A DNA stretch of 64,000 nt from Longimicrobiales bacterium (lineage in GTDB: Bacteria > Gemmatimonadota > Gemmatimonadetes > Longimicrobiales > Gaopeijiaceae). Made by a program: the position numbers and the translations under genes. The stretch covers positions 248,001 through 312,000 of the forward strand of contig OY730414.1 in NCBI GenBank assembly GCA_963422615.1, in the 5' to 3' direction. Below are positions 10,735 to 20,385 of the stretch, one piece after another. How positions within the stretch are numbered: the first letter of the stretch is position 1; each line of letters begins with the position of its first letter. Below the pieces are notes generated by a model. It saw only the letters and a list, made by a program, of their open reading frames with translations. It was not told where the DNA came from and searched no databases.

Positions 10735-10977
10735 GTCTCCGTTCAAGCCGGGTCCGACCCGAATCGCCGGGACGGTAGCGTGAAAAAGCCGTTTCGGACA
10801 GATTGTTCTCCAGAAGACGGATTGTCGTCTGGGAAACGCCAGCTGCGCAAGGTCCCGTCGCCGTCTTGTCGCCGACCCGGACCCAACCGCGCAGTCCGCT
10901 AACAACGCCCACGCAGCATCGACGCACCCCAACAGCCCCCTTACCGCCAAGTCAACCGAACCCATAAGTCAACCGAA

Positions 10978-11961
10978 ATGCCCCTCAAAGACCGTGTTCG
11001 CATCGCCGCAGCGCAGCCCCGCGGTTTCCCCTTCGACTCGGCTGCCGCCGTCGAACACCTGTGCGCGACCACCCAGGAGGCATCTCTAAGCGGCGCCGAT
11101 CTGGTGGTCTTCCCGGAGGCGTTCGTCGGAGGATACCCTTGGGGACTCGCCTTCGGCACCGCCGTCGGGAGACGGCAACCCGAGGGTCGACGCACCTTCG
11201 GACGCTACCGGGACGCCGCGATCCCGGTCCCCGGACCCGAGACGGAGCGCATGGGGGAGGCGGCCAAGGACGCCGGGGTCTTTCTCGCCGCAGGTGTGAT
11301 CGAGCGGGGCGCAACCCGAAGCCCGGGCACCCTGTTTTGCACCCTTCTCTACTTCGCGCCCGACGGGACCCTGGTCGGTCGGCACCGCAAGCTCAAGCCC
11401 ACCGCCGCCGAGCGGCTCATCTGGGGGGAAGGCGACGGGAGCACCCTTCCCGTCCTGGACACGCCCTTCGCCAAGGTCGGGGGACTGATCTGCTGGGAGA
11501 ACTACATGCCCCTGGCCCGCATGGCCATGTACGGCAAGGGCGTGGAGATCTACCTGGCCCCCACCGCCGACTCCAGGGACCGATGGCAGTCCACCCTTCG
11601 CCACATTGCGCTCGAAGGTCGGTGTTTCGTGATCGGCTGCAACCAGTTCGTCACCAAGGACCATTACCCGGCGGACATCGAGATTCTGGACGATCTGGAA
11701 AGCTGGCCCGAGGTGCTGTGCCCCGGCGGCACGTCGGTCTACGACCCTCAAGGCGAACTCGTGGCCGGTCCCCTGCTGAACAAAGCCGGCATACTCTACG
11801 CCGATCTGGACTTGGGGGAGATCGCCCGCGGCAAATTCGATTTCGACGTGATCGGCCACTACGCCCGGCCCGATGTCTTCCAGTTGCGCGTCAACGAAGC
11901 GCCTCTGAAGTCCGTCGAACCTTACCCGACGCTCCAACAGAAGAAGGATTCTGCCCGATGA
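10978..11961 (+). CDS. Nitrilase / carbon-nitrogen hydrolase
   Basis: E-K-C triad in FPEAF, HRKLKPTAAER and ICWENYMP; DVIGHYARPD. Confidence 0.92.
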   Translation: MPLKDRVRIAAAQPRGFPFDSAAAVEHLCATTQEASLSGADLVVFPEAFVGGYPWGLAFGTAVGRRQPEGRRTFGRYRDAAIPVPGPETERMGEAAKDAGVFLAAGVIERGATRSPGTLFCTLLYFAPDGTLVGRHRKLKPTAAERLIWGEGDGSTLPVLDTPFAKVGGLICWENYMPLARMAMYGKGVEIYLAPTADSRDRWQSTLRHIALEGRCFVIGCNQFVTKDHYPADIEILDDLESWPEVLCPGGTSVYDPQGELVAGPLLNKAGILYADLDLGEIARGKFDFDVIGHYARPDVFQLRVNEAPLKSVEPYPTLQQKKDSAR

Positions 11962-13220
11962 TGAACCCGACCGCCTCCACGACTGTCCCCAGAATCCCGG
12001 AACTCCCCACCCATGCATCCCCGTCGCGGACAACCCGGTACCTGGACGAAGCCGAACGCTACTCGGCCCGCAACTATCTGCCTCTGCCCGTGGTGCTGGA
12101 CCGGGGCGAAGGCGTCTGGGTCTGGGACGTGGAGGGCAACCGCTATCTGGACATGCTGAGCGCCTATTCGGCCTTGAACCAAGGACACCGGCACCCGGAA
12201 ATTCTGGCCGCCGCCCGCAACCAGATGGAGCGCCTGACCCTTACCTCCCGGGCATTTCACAACGACCAGATGGGCCCCTTCTTGCGGGAACTGTGCGATG
12301 CGGCGGGCTACGGTGCGGCCCTGCCCATGAACACGGGCGCGGAGGCCGTGGAAACCGGCATCAAGATGGTGCGGAAGTGGGGCTACGAAGTCCGCGGCAT
12401 CCCCGCTGGCGAAGCCGAGATCATCGTCTGCAAAGACAACTTCCACGGACGAACCACAACCATCGTCGGATTCTCTTCCGAAGAGCAGTATCGGCAGGGC
12501 TTCGGGCCCTTCACTCCCGGCTTCACGGTCATACCCTACGGGGACGTGGGCGCCCTTCGAAGGGCGATCGGACCCAACACGGCGGGGTTTCTGGTGGAGC
12601 CCGTCCAGGGGGAAGCAGGAGTGATCGTGCCCCCGGACGGGTATCTGCGGGAGGCGGCGGAAGTATGCCGGGACAACGGCGTCGCCTTTGTGGCTGACGA
12701 AATACAAACCGGACTGGGCCGCACCGGTCGGCTCTTCTGCTGCGAATGGGAGGGTGTCCGGCCCGATGTGCTGATCGTGGGCAAGGCCTTGGGAGGCGGG
12801 GTCTATCCGGTGTCGGCGGTCCTGGCCGACGCCGAGTTCATGGATGTCTTCCGGCCGGGCGACCACGGCTCCACCTTCGGGGGGAACCCCTTGGGCGCGG
12901 CGGTAGGGAGAGCGTCGCTTCGGGTGATCCTGGAGGAGGAGCTCTCCCGCCGCTCCGACGAGCTCGGGACGTGGTTCATGGAGCGGCTCCGAGGAATCGC
13001 TTCTCCCCATGTCCAAGAGGTGCGGGGTCGGGGCCTCATGATCGGCGTGGTGATCCGGGAGTCCTCCGGTCCGGCTCGGCCCTTCTGCGAAGCGCTTCAG
13101 GCCCGGGGCATCCTTGCCAAAGAGACGCACCACCAAGTCGTGCGGTTCGCGCCACCCCTTACGGCTGAACGGGATGTGCTGGAAGACGCCCTCCGAGAGA
13201 TCGAGGCCGTGCTGACCTGA
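11958..13220 (+). CDS. rocD: Ornithine--oxo-acid aminotransferase
   Basis: LSAYSALNQGHRHP, LTSRAF, MNTGAEAVET, DEIQTGLGRTG, GKALGGG, HGSTFGGNPL; ATGA overlap with the nitrilase stop. Confidence 0.92.
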   Translation: MMNPTASTTVPRIPELPTHASPSRTTRYLDEAERYSARNYLPLPVVLDRGEGVWVWDVEGNRYLDMLSAYSALNQGHRHPEILAAARNQMERLTLTSRAFHNDQMGPFLRELCDAAGYGAALPMNTGAEAVETGIKMVRKWGYEVRGIPAGEAEIIVCKDNFHGRTTTIVGFSSEEQYRQGFGPFTPGFTVIPYGDVGALRRAIGPNTAGFLVEPVQGEAGVIVPPDGYLREAAEVCRDNGVAFVADEIQTGLGRTGRLFCCEWEGVRPDVLIVGKALGGGVYPVSAVLADAEFMDVFRPGDHGSTFGGNPLGAAVGRASLRVILEEELSRRSDELGTWFMERLRGIASPHVQEVRGRGLMIGVVIRESSGPARPFCEALQARGILAKETHHQVVRFAPPLTAERDVLEDALREIEAVLT

Positions 13221-13399
13221 ACCTCCCTCAAACCGGCAAACCAGGTCGGTTCAGGTTCAGCGTGGGCGTCGGCGCCGATCGTCCCCGGCGAGCAGCGGAC
13301 CTATCTCGGGGGACCGCTCAACTGATCTGGAGGTACAGCGATCCCTGCTGGAGGCCGCCCAGTACGGGGTAAACCAAGGGAGCGCCCCCGTTCGGGGGC

Positions 13400-13927
13400 T
13401 CATGGCGGCTGACAGATGTTCCGGTCCTCCGCGCCGCTGGCCAGCACGGCAAGCCCGACCCACAGGAACAGGGTGGTGTCCCTGGGTTCGCTCCATTCGA
13501 CGGTGACATCCAGCTGGGCTTGCAAACCAGCCTTGTACCGAAACTCCACCGCTTCCCCCGGCGGCGCCGTCACATCGACTTTCCCGTCGCCCTGGGTGTC
13601 GTCCGCACGCACGGTCCACGAGCCCGAATGACCTTCCCACACCTGGAAACACCCGTCGAGGGCCAACCCTGCGACCGGGAGCACCGCACTCCGGTAGGCA
13701 CCGCGTCCGGCCTCGATCGTCAGATTGACCCAACTTCCCCCGTCCCCCACTGCCCGCAGCAGCTGGGCAAGCTGGCCCCGGGCCGGGTCGGCACCCGCTC
13801 CCAGGACCAGCAGGGAAAGAAGGAGGGCGGGACCGAAACCCCTCCACGCCGGGCCAGGGGGCCCTTCAGGAGCGGTGCCCTGCAGCTCCCGATACGTGGG
13901 GCGGACACCTCGCGACTCAGGCGTCAC
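13400..13927 (-). CDS. Hypothetical exported protein
   Basis: 175-aa ORF with a signal-peptide-like segment, co-oriented with its neighbour. Confidence 0.55.
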   Translation of the reverse strand: MTPESRGVRPTYRELQGTAPEGPPGPAWRGFGPALLLSLLVLGAGADPARGQLAQLLRAVGDGGSWVNLTIEAGRGAYRSAVLPVAGLALDGCFQVWEGHSGSWTVRADDTQGDGKVDVTAPPGEAVEFRYKAGLQAQLDVTVEWSEPRDTTLFLWVGLAVLASGAEDRNICQPP

Positions 13928-14010
13928 CGTTCCCCCTGACGTTTCCGTTCCTGTATCTGCAAAGAATGGTCAAGCCCAACCGTCCCTTACTTCCGAGCCT
14001 TCGACGAACC

Positions 14011-14952
14011 TCAGCGGACGCCCCCTCGGCGCTTCGCCGGCGGCAGCTCCAGGGATCCCCGGATGTTAGAATACCGAATCCGCTCCCGGCGGCCATCCGT
14101 CACCACCAAATTGCCCTCCACATCCCGGACGGACACGCTGCCGGACCCGACCCGGTCCATGCGCACACTACCTCCCACTGCTTGGATTTCGATACTGCCC
14201 GAGCCGTCGGAGACCATCACATCCCCTCCTACTTCCCGAATATCGAGGCTCCCGGAGCTGTCCTCCACCATCACGTCCCCCGTTACCCTCCGAATGCTGA
14301 GGCTCCCTGCCCCATCCTCAACCACCACGTCATTCGTGACTCCCTCAATCTCCAGACTGCCGGCGCCATCCTCCACGACGACGGAACCCACGCCGCGCAG
14401 GGTCATCTTCCCGGATCCGTCCTTTACGTACACTGCGCTCACGCCAGAGATTGAAACGCTCCCCGAACCGTCCTCCACATCCACATCCGTGCCGACGGGC
14501 ACCTCCACGTCCAGGTTGATGCGAGCATAGTTTCTCCCGCTCCAGAGGCGACCCCGGTTCGGGTAGTCCGTCTTGAGCCGGTCGCCCTCCAGGGACACCT
14601 CCAGAACTTCCAAGCGTTCCCGGGTGGACGCGCACAAGGTCGCCGTAACCCGAACCTCCCCCAGGCCGTCCCTTCCCGTAACGACCAGGGTTCCGGCCCC
14701 GGCGATCACATCCAGGTTCCCGCTCCCCGGGGCGCTCAGCTCCCGCACATCACGAAACTCGCACCGGTCTTGGGCGGCCACCAGGCTGGTGGGTCCCAGC
14801 GCCAAGACGACCGCGGCCAATACGGGGACCGAGTGGCGCGGCAGGCGGGTACGCGTCGCGACCGGGCGGGCGGGTGCCCCATCATTTCGCAAACCCGTGG
14901 GCGCCGCACCCGAACCAACCAGCAGGAACGCGCGCTTCATCTGTTTTCCCAT
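14011..14952 (-). CDS. DUF4097 / adhesin-like beta-strand repeat protein
   Basis: Repeated V-E-D-G-S-G-S-L-x-I units after a signal peptide. Confidence 0.8.
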   Translation of the reverse strand: MGKQMKRAFLLVGSGAAPTGLRNDGAPARPVATRTRLPRHSVPVLAAVVLALGPTSLVAAQDRCEFRDVRELSAPGSGNLDVIAGAGTLVVTGRDGLGEVRVTATLCASTRERLEVLEVSLEGDRLKTDYPNRGRLWSGRNYARINLDVEVPVGTDVDVEDGSGSVSISGVSAVYVKDGSGKMTLRGVGSVVVEDGAGSLEIEGVTNDVVVEDGAGSLSIRRVTGDVMVEDSSGSLDIREVGGDVMVSDGSGSIEIQAVGGSVRMDRVGSGSVSVRDVEGNLVVTDGRRERIRYSNIRGSLELPPAKRRGGVR

Positions 14953-15281
14953 GGTTCCTTCTTCCTCTCTTTTCAAGATGATCCGAAATCCGTCCCCGAA
15001 ATCCGTTGGGGCTTCGACGTCGTATGGCCGTCAAGCGACAAGGCCATTCACCCAAGACGGCAGTTCGGGCCCGAAAGTTTTATGCGGCGGTCCTGGGGGG
15101 GCGGCTGGGGGACCGGAGAAAACCCCCGTCCGTTCCCGGGCGCACTTCCACGCACGGCTTCAGGTCCCGGGGGGACTTGGGCCCGGGGAAACTTGGCGGA
15201 TGCAAAGGCGGACATGAAAGCGTGTTTCAGGCGTGGCTAGGGGCCAAGCCCTCTTCTGTCCCCGGGGCAGTCCTCAAGCGC

Positions 15282-15311
15282 TTGCCGGGGGATCCGGGAG
15301 GGCAATATAAT
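15282..15311 (+). promoter_or_regulatory. Putative sigma70 promoter of the type III-B operon
   Basis: TTGCCG-N18-TATAAT, about 190 nt upstream of the csx1 ATG. Confidence 0.55.
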
Positions 15312-15498
15312 CGCGAAGCGAGTGCTACCAACGATGGAACAGGTCTGGCACAGCGTGTGACAAACCCGGGAGTCGCCGCTAAGTGCAATTGCGGCTTCCG
15401 TTTCAAGCACCCTAGGGGCCGTGGTCAGACAGTGCGCCAAGGACCGGCGGCGGTCAAGCGGGAACTGATTGGGTTTAAGGATTAAGCAAAGCGCGGTG

Positions 15499-17211
15499 AT
15501 GCATACACACGTATTGTTGACGGTACTCGGGAAGAATCCGCGGCCAGCGCACTATACCCTGAACGGTCGGAAGGTCAAGGCGGAGCTTGCTCCCGTCGCG
15601 CTGCTCGATCTGCTGCCCGAATCGGAACGGCCGGATCGCGTGCTGGCGCTCTGTACGCCGGAAGCGAAGCAGAGCAGCTGGCCGCTGCTCAAACAGGCTC
15701 TGAAGGGCCAAGTCGAAACGGAGCTTGTTCGGATCGAGGGCGGCGACGGACAGAATCAGGTCAACGCCTTTTTGGCGCACGCTGCCAACGCCGTTCCTCA
15801 GAACGTCGAGATCACCGTCGACGTCACCCACGGCTTTCGGCACTTTTCGTTCCTCACCTATATCGTGGTTCTCTATTTGACCGCGCTACGCGGAGTCCGG
15901 GTCCGCGGCGCCTACTACGGGATGCTGAACCGGAACCGCCCGAGCCCGTTCCTCGATCTGCGCCCGCTTCTGGATCTTCCCGACTGGCTTTACGCCCTGC
16001 GCGTCCTGCGCGACACCGGCAGCGTCCTGCCGATTGCCAAAGCCCTGGGAACCGGCCCGCAGAATCATTCGATTCAAAGGATCGAGAAGGACTTATCGCA
16101 GCTCTCGGAGGCGTATCTTTCGGGCCTGCCCATGGAACTGGGGCAAAAGGCTTCCGGGATCCTTCGGCAACACAAAAAGCCGCTGCGAAGGCTGCTCGAA
16201 CGAATGCATCGTCTGCCCCTTGCCGACGAGCTGATTACATCGCTCAAGGACATCCTGGAGCCGTTCGCCTTGGCCGATGAGGCTCCGGGAGACGGGTGGA
16301 AGAAGCGAGTCGTGCTGACCGAGGCGGAGTTGAAGCGTCAGGCCGGAGTTATCGACAAGCTGCTGCAGCACGGGAATCTCGCGGTCGCGCTCGGCCTCAT
16401 GAACGAGTGGACCGTGTCCTGGGTTTCGCTACGCCTGGGCTTGGAAAATTGGCTTGACTACAAGCGAGTGCGTCGAAAGGCTGGAGGTTTGCTCGGAGCG
16501 ATCATGGCCATCGAGAGAGACTCCGAACTCAGGGACCGTCTAACGGAACGACAAAAGGAGATCGGCAACTTCTGGCACCAGCTCAAGGAGCTGCGCAACG
16601 GATATGCCCATCACGGAATGCGCCCCCAAATCCTCGTCGGGAGCGGGCAAGTCGAGAAGAAAATCGAATGCATCAAGGATTACTGGAACGGCACCCTCCG
16701 GTTCTGCCCGGACTTCTCCCTCTCCCTTGGCCAAGCGTCCGGCCGGATCCTCGTTAGTCCCATCGGTATGCGTCCCGGCGTGCTCTTCAGCGCTTTGCAT
16801 GCGTGTTGGGCTGAAGAAGAGGTCGGAGAGCCGACCTTATGTCTTGTCATCTGTTCCAGCGAGACCGAAGGGAAGATTGCCGAGGTCAAAGAACATGCTT
16901 CCTATGCAGGGGAGATTGAGCCGCTTCGCATGGAAGACCCCTATGGCGGTCGAGGGGAAATCGAGCGTATAGTGAAGGCTGTACGCGGGCGGTTCATCGG
17001 TGCGGACCAAGTCGTCGTGAATGTCACCGGCGGAACGACGCTGATGGGCCTTGCTGCCGAGGCGCTCGCGGACCAGGCGCGCAGACTCGCCTGTCCGGTA
17101 CGCCGCTTCGGATTGATTGATCGGAGACCGGCGAAGGCGAAGGATGAGAATCCGTATCAAGCGGGCGAGCCGTTCTGGCTCGATTCCGGGGAAGGTGCCC
17201 ATGCTGATTAA
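15499..17211 (+). CDS. csx1: CRISPR ancillary nuclease of the Csx1/TM1812 family (CARF-HEPN) with an extra C-terminal CARF-like domain
   Basis: VDVTHGFRH (DxTHG), YYGML, HEPN motif RNGYAHHG, C-terminal LVSPIGMRPG...VVNVTGGTT. Confidence 0.85.
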   Translation: MHTHVLLTVLGKNPRPAHYTLNGRKVKAELAPVALLDLLPESERPDRVLALCTPEAKQSSWPLLKQALKGQVETELVRIEGGDGQNQVNAFLAHAANAVPQNVEITVDVTHGFRHFSFLTYIVVLYLTALRGVRVRGAYYGMLNRNRPSPFLDLRPLLDLPDWLYALRVLRDTGSVLPIAKALGTGPQNHSIQRIEKDLSQLSEAYLSGLPMELGQKASGILRQHKKPLRRLLERMHRLPLADELITSLKDILEPFALADEAPGDGWKKRVVLTEAELKRQAGVIDKLLQHGNLAVALGLMNEWTVSWVSLRLGLENWLDYKRVRRKAGGLLGAIMAIERDSELRDRLTERQKEIGNFWHQLKELRNGYAHHGMRPQILVGSGQVEKKIECIKDYWNGTLRFCPDFSLSLGQASGRILVSPIGMRPGVLFSALHACWAEEEVGEPTLCLVICSSETEGKIAEVKEHASYAGEIEPLRMEDPYGGRGEIERIVKAVRGRFIGADQVVVNVTGGTTLMGLAAEALADQARRLACPVRRFGLIDRRPAKAKDENPYQAGEPFWLDSGEGAHAD

Positions 17212-18409
17212 GATCGAGGCAAAATACAAGGTCCTCACGCCTATGTTCTGCGCGGGGGCCAATCCACAGCGCGCAGAGCTTCGCCTGCCCAGCTTCAAGG
17301 GCGTGCTGCGCTTCTGGTGGCGGGCCCTGGCGTGGTCGCGGTTCGATGGCAATCTAGAGGAAATCCAACGGCAGGAAGATAGGCTTTTCGGCAGCGCCAG
17401 CGGCGGACAGTCGCGGGTGCTCATGCGGTTGGCACCGGGCGCGCAGAGGGTCGACAAGGGTGATGTGCTCAAGGTTTCGCAGAGGAGCGGGAGCACCGTC
17501 GGCCAGGGCGCCCACTATCTGGGCTACGGCGTCATGGAGGCCTTTGGGAGCAAGAAGAAAGGGACCCACACCCGCGCTTGCCTTCGCGCGCCCTTCGAAT
17601 TTACCGTTTGGATGCGCGCACGCGACCTCAGCGCGTCCGACTTCAAGTTGCTCCGCAAGGCCCTGATCGCGCTCGGAATCCTCGGGGGCATGGGGGCCAA
17701 GAGCCGCAAGGGGTATGGTTCTCTGGTCCTTTCATCCCTTCGGGTGAACAAGGAGGAGAAGTGGCATGCGCCACAGTCCACGAGCGACTTGCGCGAGGTG
17801 ATCGGGGCGCTTTCATACACTGGCGGCCCGGCCGCGCTGCCCGAGTATACGGCGCTGTCGAACCAGACGCGCCATATCTTGTTATCGAGCGCCAAGAGAG
17901 AGCCTCTGGAATTGCTCGACCTCGTCGGTCGCGAGCTCGTCCGATATCGAAGCTGGGGACGCAACGGGAAGATACTCGATAGGATTGATTCGGAAAAAAA
18001 CTTCGAGGACGATCACGACCTGATGAAGCAGAACGCACAGCAGCGCCGAACTCATCCTCGCCGTATCGCCTTCGGTCTTCCTCACAATTACGGGAGATAC
18101 CCAGACCAACAAGTTGCCCCACACGGCAAGAATATCGATCGACGCGCCAGCCCCCTCTTCATCCACATCCACGAGTGCGGCGATCGGCCCGTCGCGGTTC
18201 TTTCTTTCATCCCGTCGCGGTTCCTGCCCAAGGGAAAATCGAGTATCTCGGTCGGGAGAACAATCATTCGTCAGAAACCGGAAGACGAGTTGTACTGTCC
18301 GATCCATGATTTCCTCGACCGTCTTCGAACGGCGCGGAAGGGAACTAACGTTCTCAATCCGGAGAAATGCAAGGAGCCCTTCACGAACGCCATTGAGGTT
18401 CAGCCGTGA
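17201..18409 (+). CDS. cmr1: Type III-B RAMP protein Cmr1
   Basis: TPMFCAGA, ELRLPSFKGVLRFWWRA, GGMGAKSRKGYGS, FGLPHNY, RRASPL. Confidence 0.93.
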   Translation: MLIKIEAKYKVLTPMFCAGANPQRAELRLPSFKGVLRFWWRALAWSRFDGNLEEIQRQEDRLFGSASGGQSRVLMRLAPGAQRVDKGDVLKVSQRSGSTVGQGAHYLGYGVMEAFGSKKKGTHTRACLRAPFEFTVWMRARDLSASDFKLLRKALIALGILGGMGAKSRKGYGSLVLSSLRVNKEEKWHAPQSTSDLREVIGALSYTGGPAALPEYTALSNQTRHILLSSAKREPLELLDLVGRELVRYRSWGRNGKILDRIDSEKNFEDDHDLMKQNAQQRRTHPRRIAFGLPHNYGRYPDQQVAPHGKNIDRRASPLFIHIHECGDRPVAVLSFIPSRFLPKGKSSISVGRTIIRQKPEDELYCPIHDFLDRLRTARKGTNVLNPEKCKEPFTNAIEVQP

Positions 18410-20385
18410 CGATGCGCCTCGACATCTCCATCGGCCCGGTCCAGGGCTTCGTCGCGCAGTCGCGCCGCACAAGGGATTTGTGGGGAAGTTCGTATCTTCT
18501 GTCCTTCCTGTCCGCGCATGCCATGCGCGGGGCGAAGCGAGCCGGCTGCAAGATCGTTCAGCCGGTGGTCGATCACGACCCGCTCTACCGGTGGGTCTCC
18601 GGCTGTCGGGAAGGCGACCCGCCCCGGATCGGATCTGTGCCGAACCACTTGGTCGTCGAAGTCAATGGGGATGTCCGGAAGGTGGCGGAGGCTGGTGTCC
18701 AGGCTCTGGAAATGGCCTGGATGCGGTTATGTGCCGCCGTATGGGACAAGTTTGTCGCACATGCCTGCTCCGATGGAGACGGAACGGAAGGCATCTGGGA
18801 TCGACAGACCTGTGCTTTCTGGGAAGTGACCTGGACCGCCGGAGAGTCGGCTGCTGGAAGCGGTTTGCTTGCGCGGCGCAAGCATTGGCGCAGCCACCGC
18901 CCGCCCGACGAGGCAGGCGACAAATGCACCATGATGCATGATTGGCAAGAAATCTCGGGGTACACTCGCTCGCAGAGCCCGGCCAGCAGAAAGCGCCAGG
19001 ATCGGTTCTGGAAAAAGGTGCGCGCGCGGACCGGCGAACTGGACCTGGGCAAGAAGGAAAGGCTATGCGCCATAGCTCTGGTCAAGCGGCTATATCCGAA
19101 GGTCTGCGAAGAAGCGCTCGGATGGCCTGTCGATCGCATAGGTTGGCCCTCGACGGTCCATATCGCGGCCCGACCGTGGATCGACCGGGTGGCTGCTGCG
19201 ATACCCGAACAGGCGAGCGATTATGCCCGGATCGTCAAACGAAACGCCAAGGAAAGCCCGCTCGGCGAACGCCCGACCACGCAAGTGCGCAGGGCGGGCG
19301 ACTTTTCCAGGCTTGATGCGAACTACTTTCACCGCGGATTCGTGCAGAGCGAGCGGCTGTGTCCTCTGAAGGACGATTCAACCGGTACACGCGGCGAAAT
19401 TGTTGACGAATTGAAGGCGATCTACGACGCCAAAGACAAGAACGACCGAAAGATCGGGCCGCCGCTGTCGTTCTACGCACTGCTGCTCGCCGACGACGGG
19501 GACCGTCTGGGCAAGCTGTTGGGCGAACTTGGCGAAGAGGGCAGGCAAACTGTGGGGCTGGCGCTGCGGGCCTTCACGAGTAAGGTTCCGCAAATCGTTG
19601 AGGCACATGACGGCGTGACGGTCTACGCCGGTGGTGACGACGTGCTGGCGATGCTCCCCGTCCCGCATGCGCTGTCGTGTGCAGACCGCCTGTCGCGGGA
19701 ATACCGGCAGGCATTCGGGGGCCGAAGCAACGCGACACTCTCCGCCGCCGTCGTGTTCGCGCATGTCCGCCTGCCGCTCCAGGCGGCGATGGGCGAGGCC
19801 CACCGGCTTCTCGACGACGTCGCCAAAGACGGCAACGGGCGCAACTCCCTGGCCGCAGCCGTCTTGAAGCCCGGAGGTCTCAACTGTCAGTGGACGACCA
19901 GTTGGACGCGAAAGACACCAAGCGGCGAATCAACGCCAGCCGTGGTGCTCCTCGACAAACTGACCAAGAGTCTTGATAGCAACTCCGCCGAGCCCAGTCT
20001 CTCCTCGGCGCTCGTCTACCGCATCCGAGAGACGCTCATCAATCTCTGCGGGTGGGAGGGCTGGCAACCGGGCAGTTGGGGCCGTCTGCAGGAAGACCTC
20101 GACATTCGCGCGTTCTTGCGGGCCGAGATCGGCCACAGTTTGGCCGCTAGAATGGGCGAGGGTTACGAGTCCCGCGCTGACGAATTGGTTGATCTAGCGC
20201 ATTCCGTTTTGGGGCCGGCGCGCAATTGCAAACCGGTCGATAGCGCGAAGGCTTCTGCATCGTCCGCCAATGCTCGCGCGCGGCGGCGGGTACCTGATCA
20301 GGGTCATCACGCCGAAGCAGGGTTTGACGCGCTGCTCCTCGCGCGATTCCTCGCCGACCCCGAAGAGGATAGAGGCGGCCCATGA
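18406..20385 (+). CDS. cas10: Type III-B Cas10/Cmr2 lacking the HD domain
   Basis: Begins directly at ISIGPVQGFVAQSRRTRDLWGSSYLLS; DGDRLG; intact YAGGDDVLA palm motif; GRNSLA; 659 aa. Confidence 0.95.
   Translation: MTMRLDISIGPVQGFVAQSRRTRDLWGSSYLLSFLSAHAMRGAKRAGCKIVQPVVDHDPLYRWVSGCREGDPPRIGSVPNHLVVEVNGDVRKVAEAGVQALEMAWMRLCAAVWDKFVAHACSDGDGTEGIWDRQTCAFWEVTWTAGESAAGSGLLARRKHWRSHRPPDEAGDKCTMMHDWQEISGYTRSQSPASRKRQDRFWKKVRARTGELDLGKKERLCAIALVKRLYPKVCEEALGWPVDRIGWPSTVHIAARPWIDRVAAAIPEQASDYARIVKRNAKESPLGERPTTQVRRAGDFSRLDANYFHRGFVQSERLCPLKDDSTGTRGEIVDELKAIYDAKDKNDRKIGPPLSFYALLLADDGDRLGKLLGELGEEGRQTVGLALRAFTSKVPQIVEAHDGVTVYAGGDDVLAMLPVPHALSCADRLSREYRQAFGGRSNATLSAAVVFAHVRLPLQAAMGEAHRLLDDVAKDGNGRNSLAAAVLKPGGLNCQWTTSWTRKTPSGESTPAVVLLDKLTKSLDSNSAEPSLSSALVYRIRETLINLCGWEGWQPGSWGRLQEDLDIRAFLRAEIGHSLAARMGEGYESRADELVDLAHSVLGPARNCKPVDSAKASASSANARARRRVPDQGHHAEAGFDALLLARFLADPEEDRGGP

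Noticed and set aside
11061..11957. Apparent 300-aa N-terminal extension of RocD
   Set aside because: Arg/Pro-rich alternative frame of the nitrilase; the real start is at 11958
14977..15498. CRISPR array upstream of csx1 (also checked 23850-24790 and 30762-30922)
   Set aside because: No 25-40 bp direct repeats found by eye
18406..20385. SAM-AMP-type III-B system
   Set aside because: No CorA, NrN, DEDD or SAM lyase gene is present; the CARF effector points to cyclic oligoadenylates
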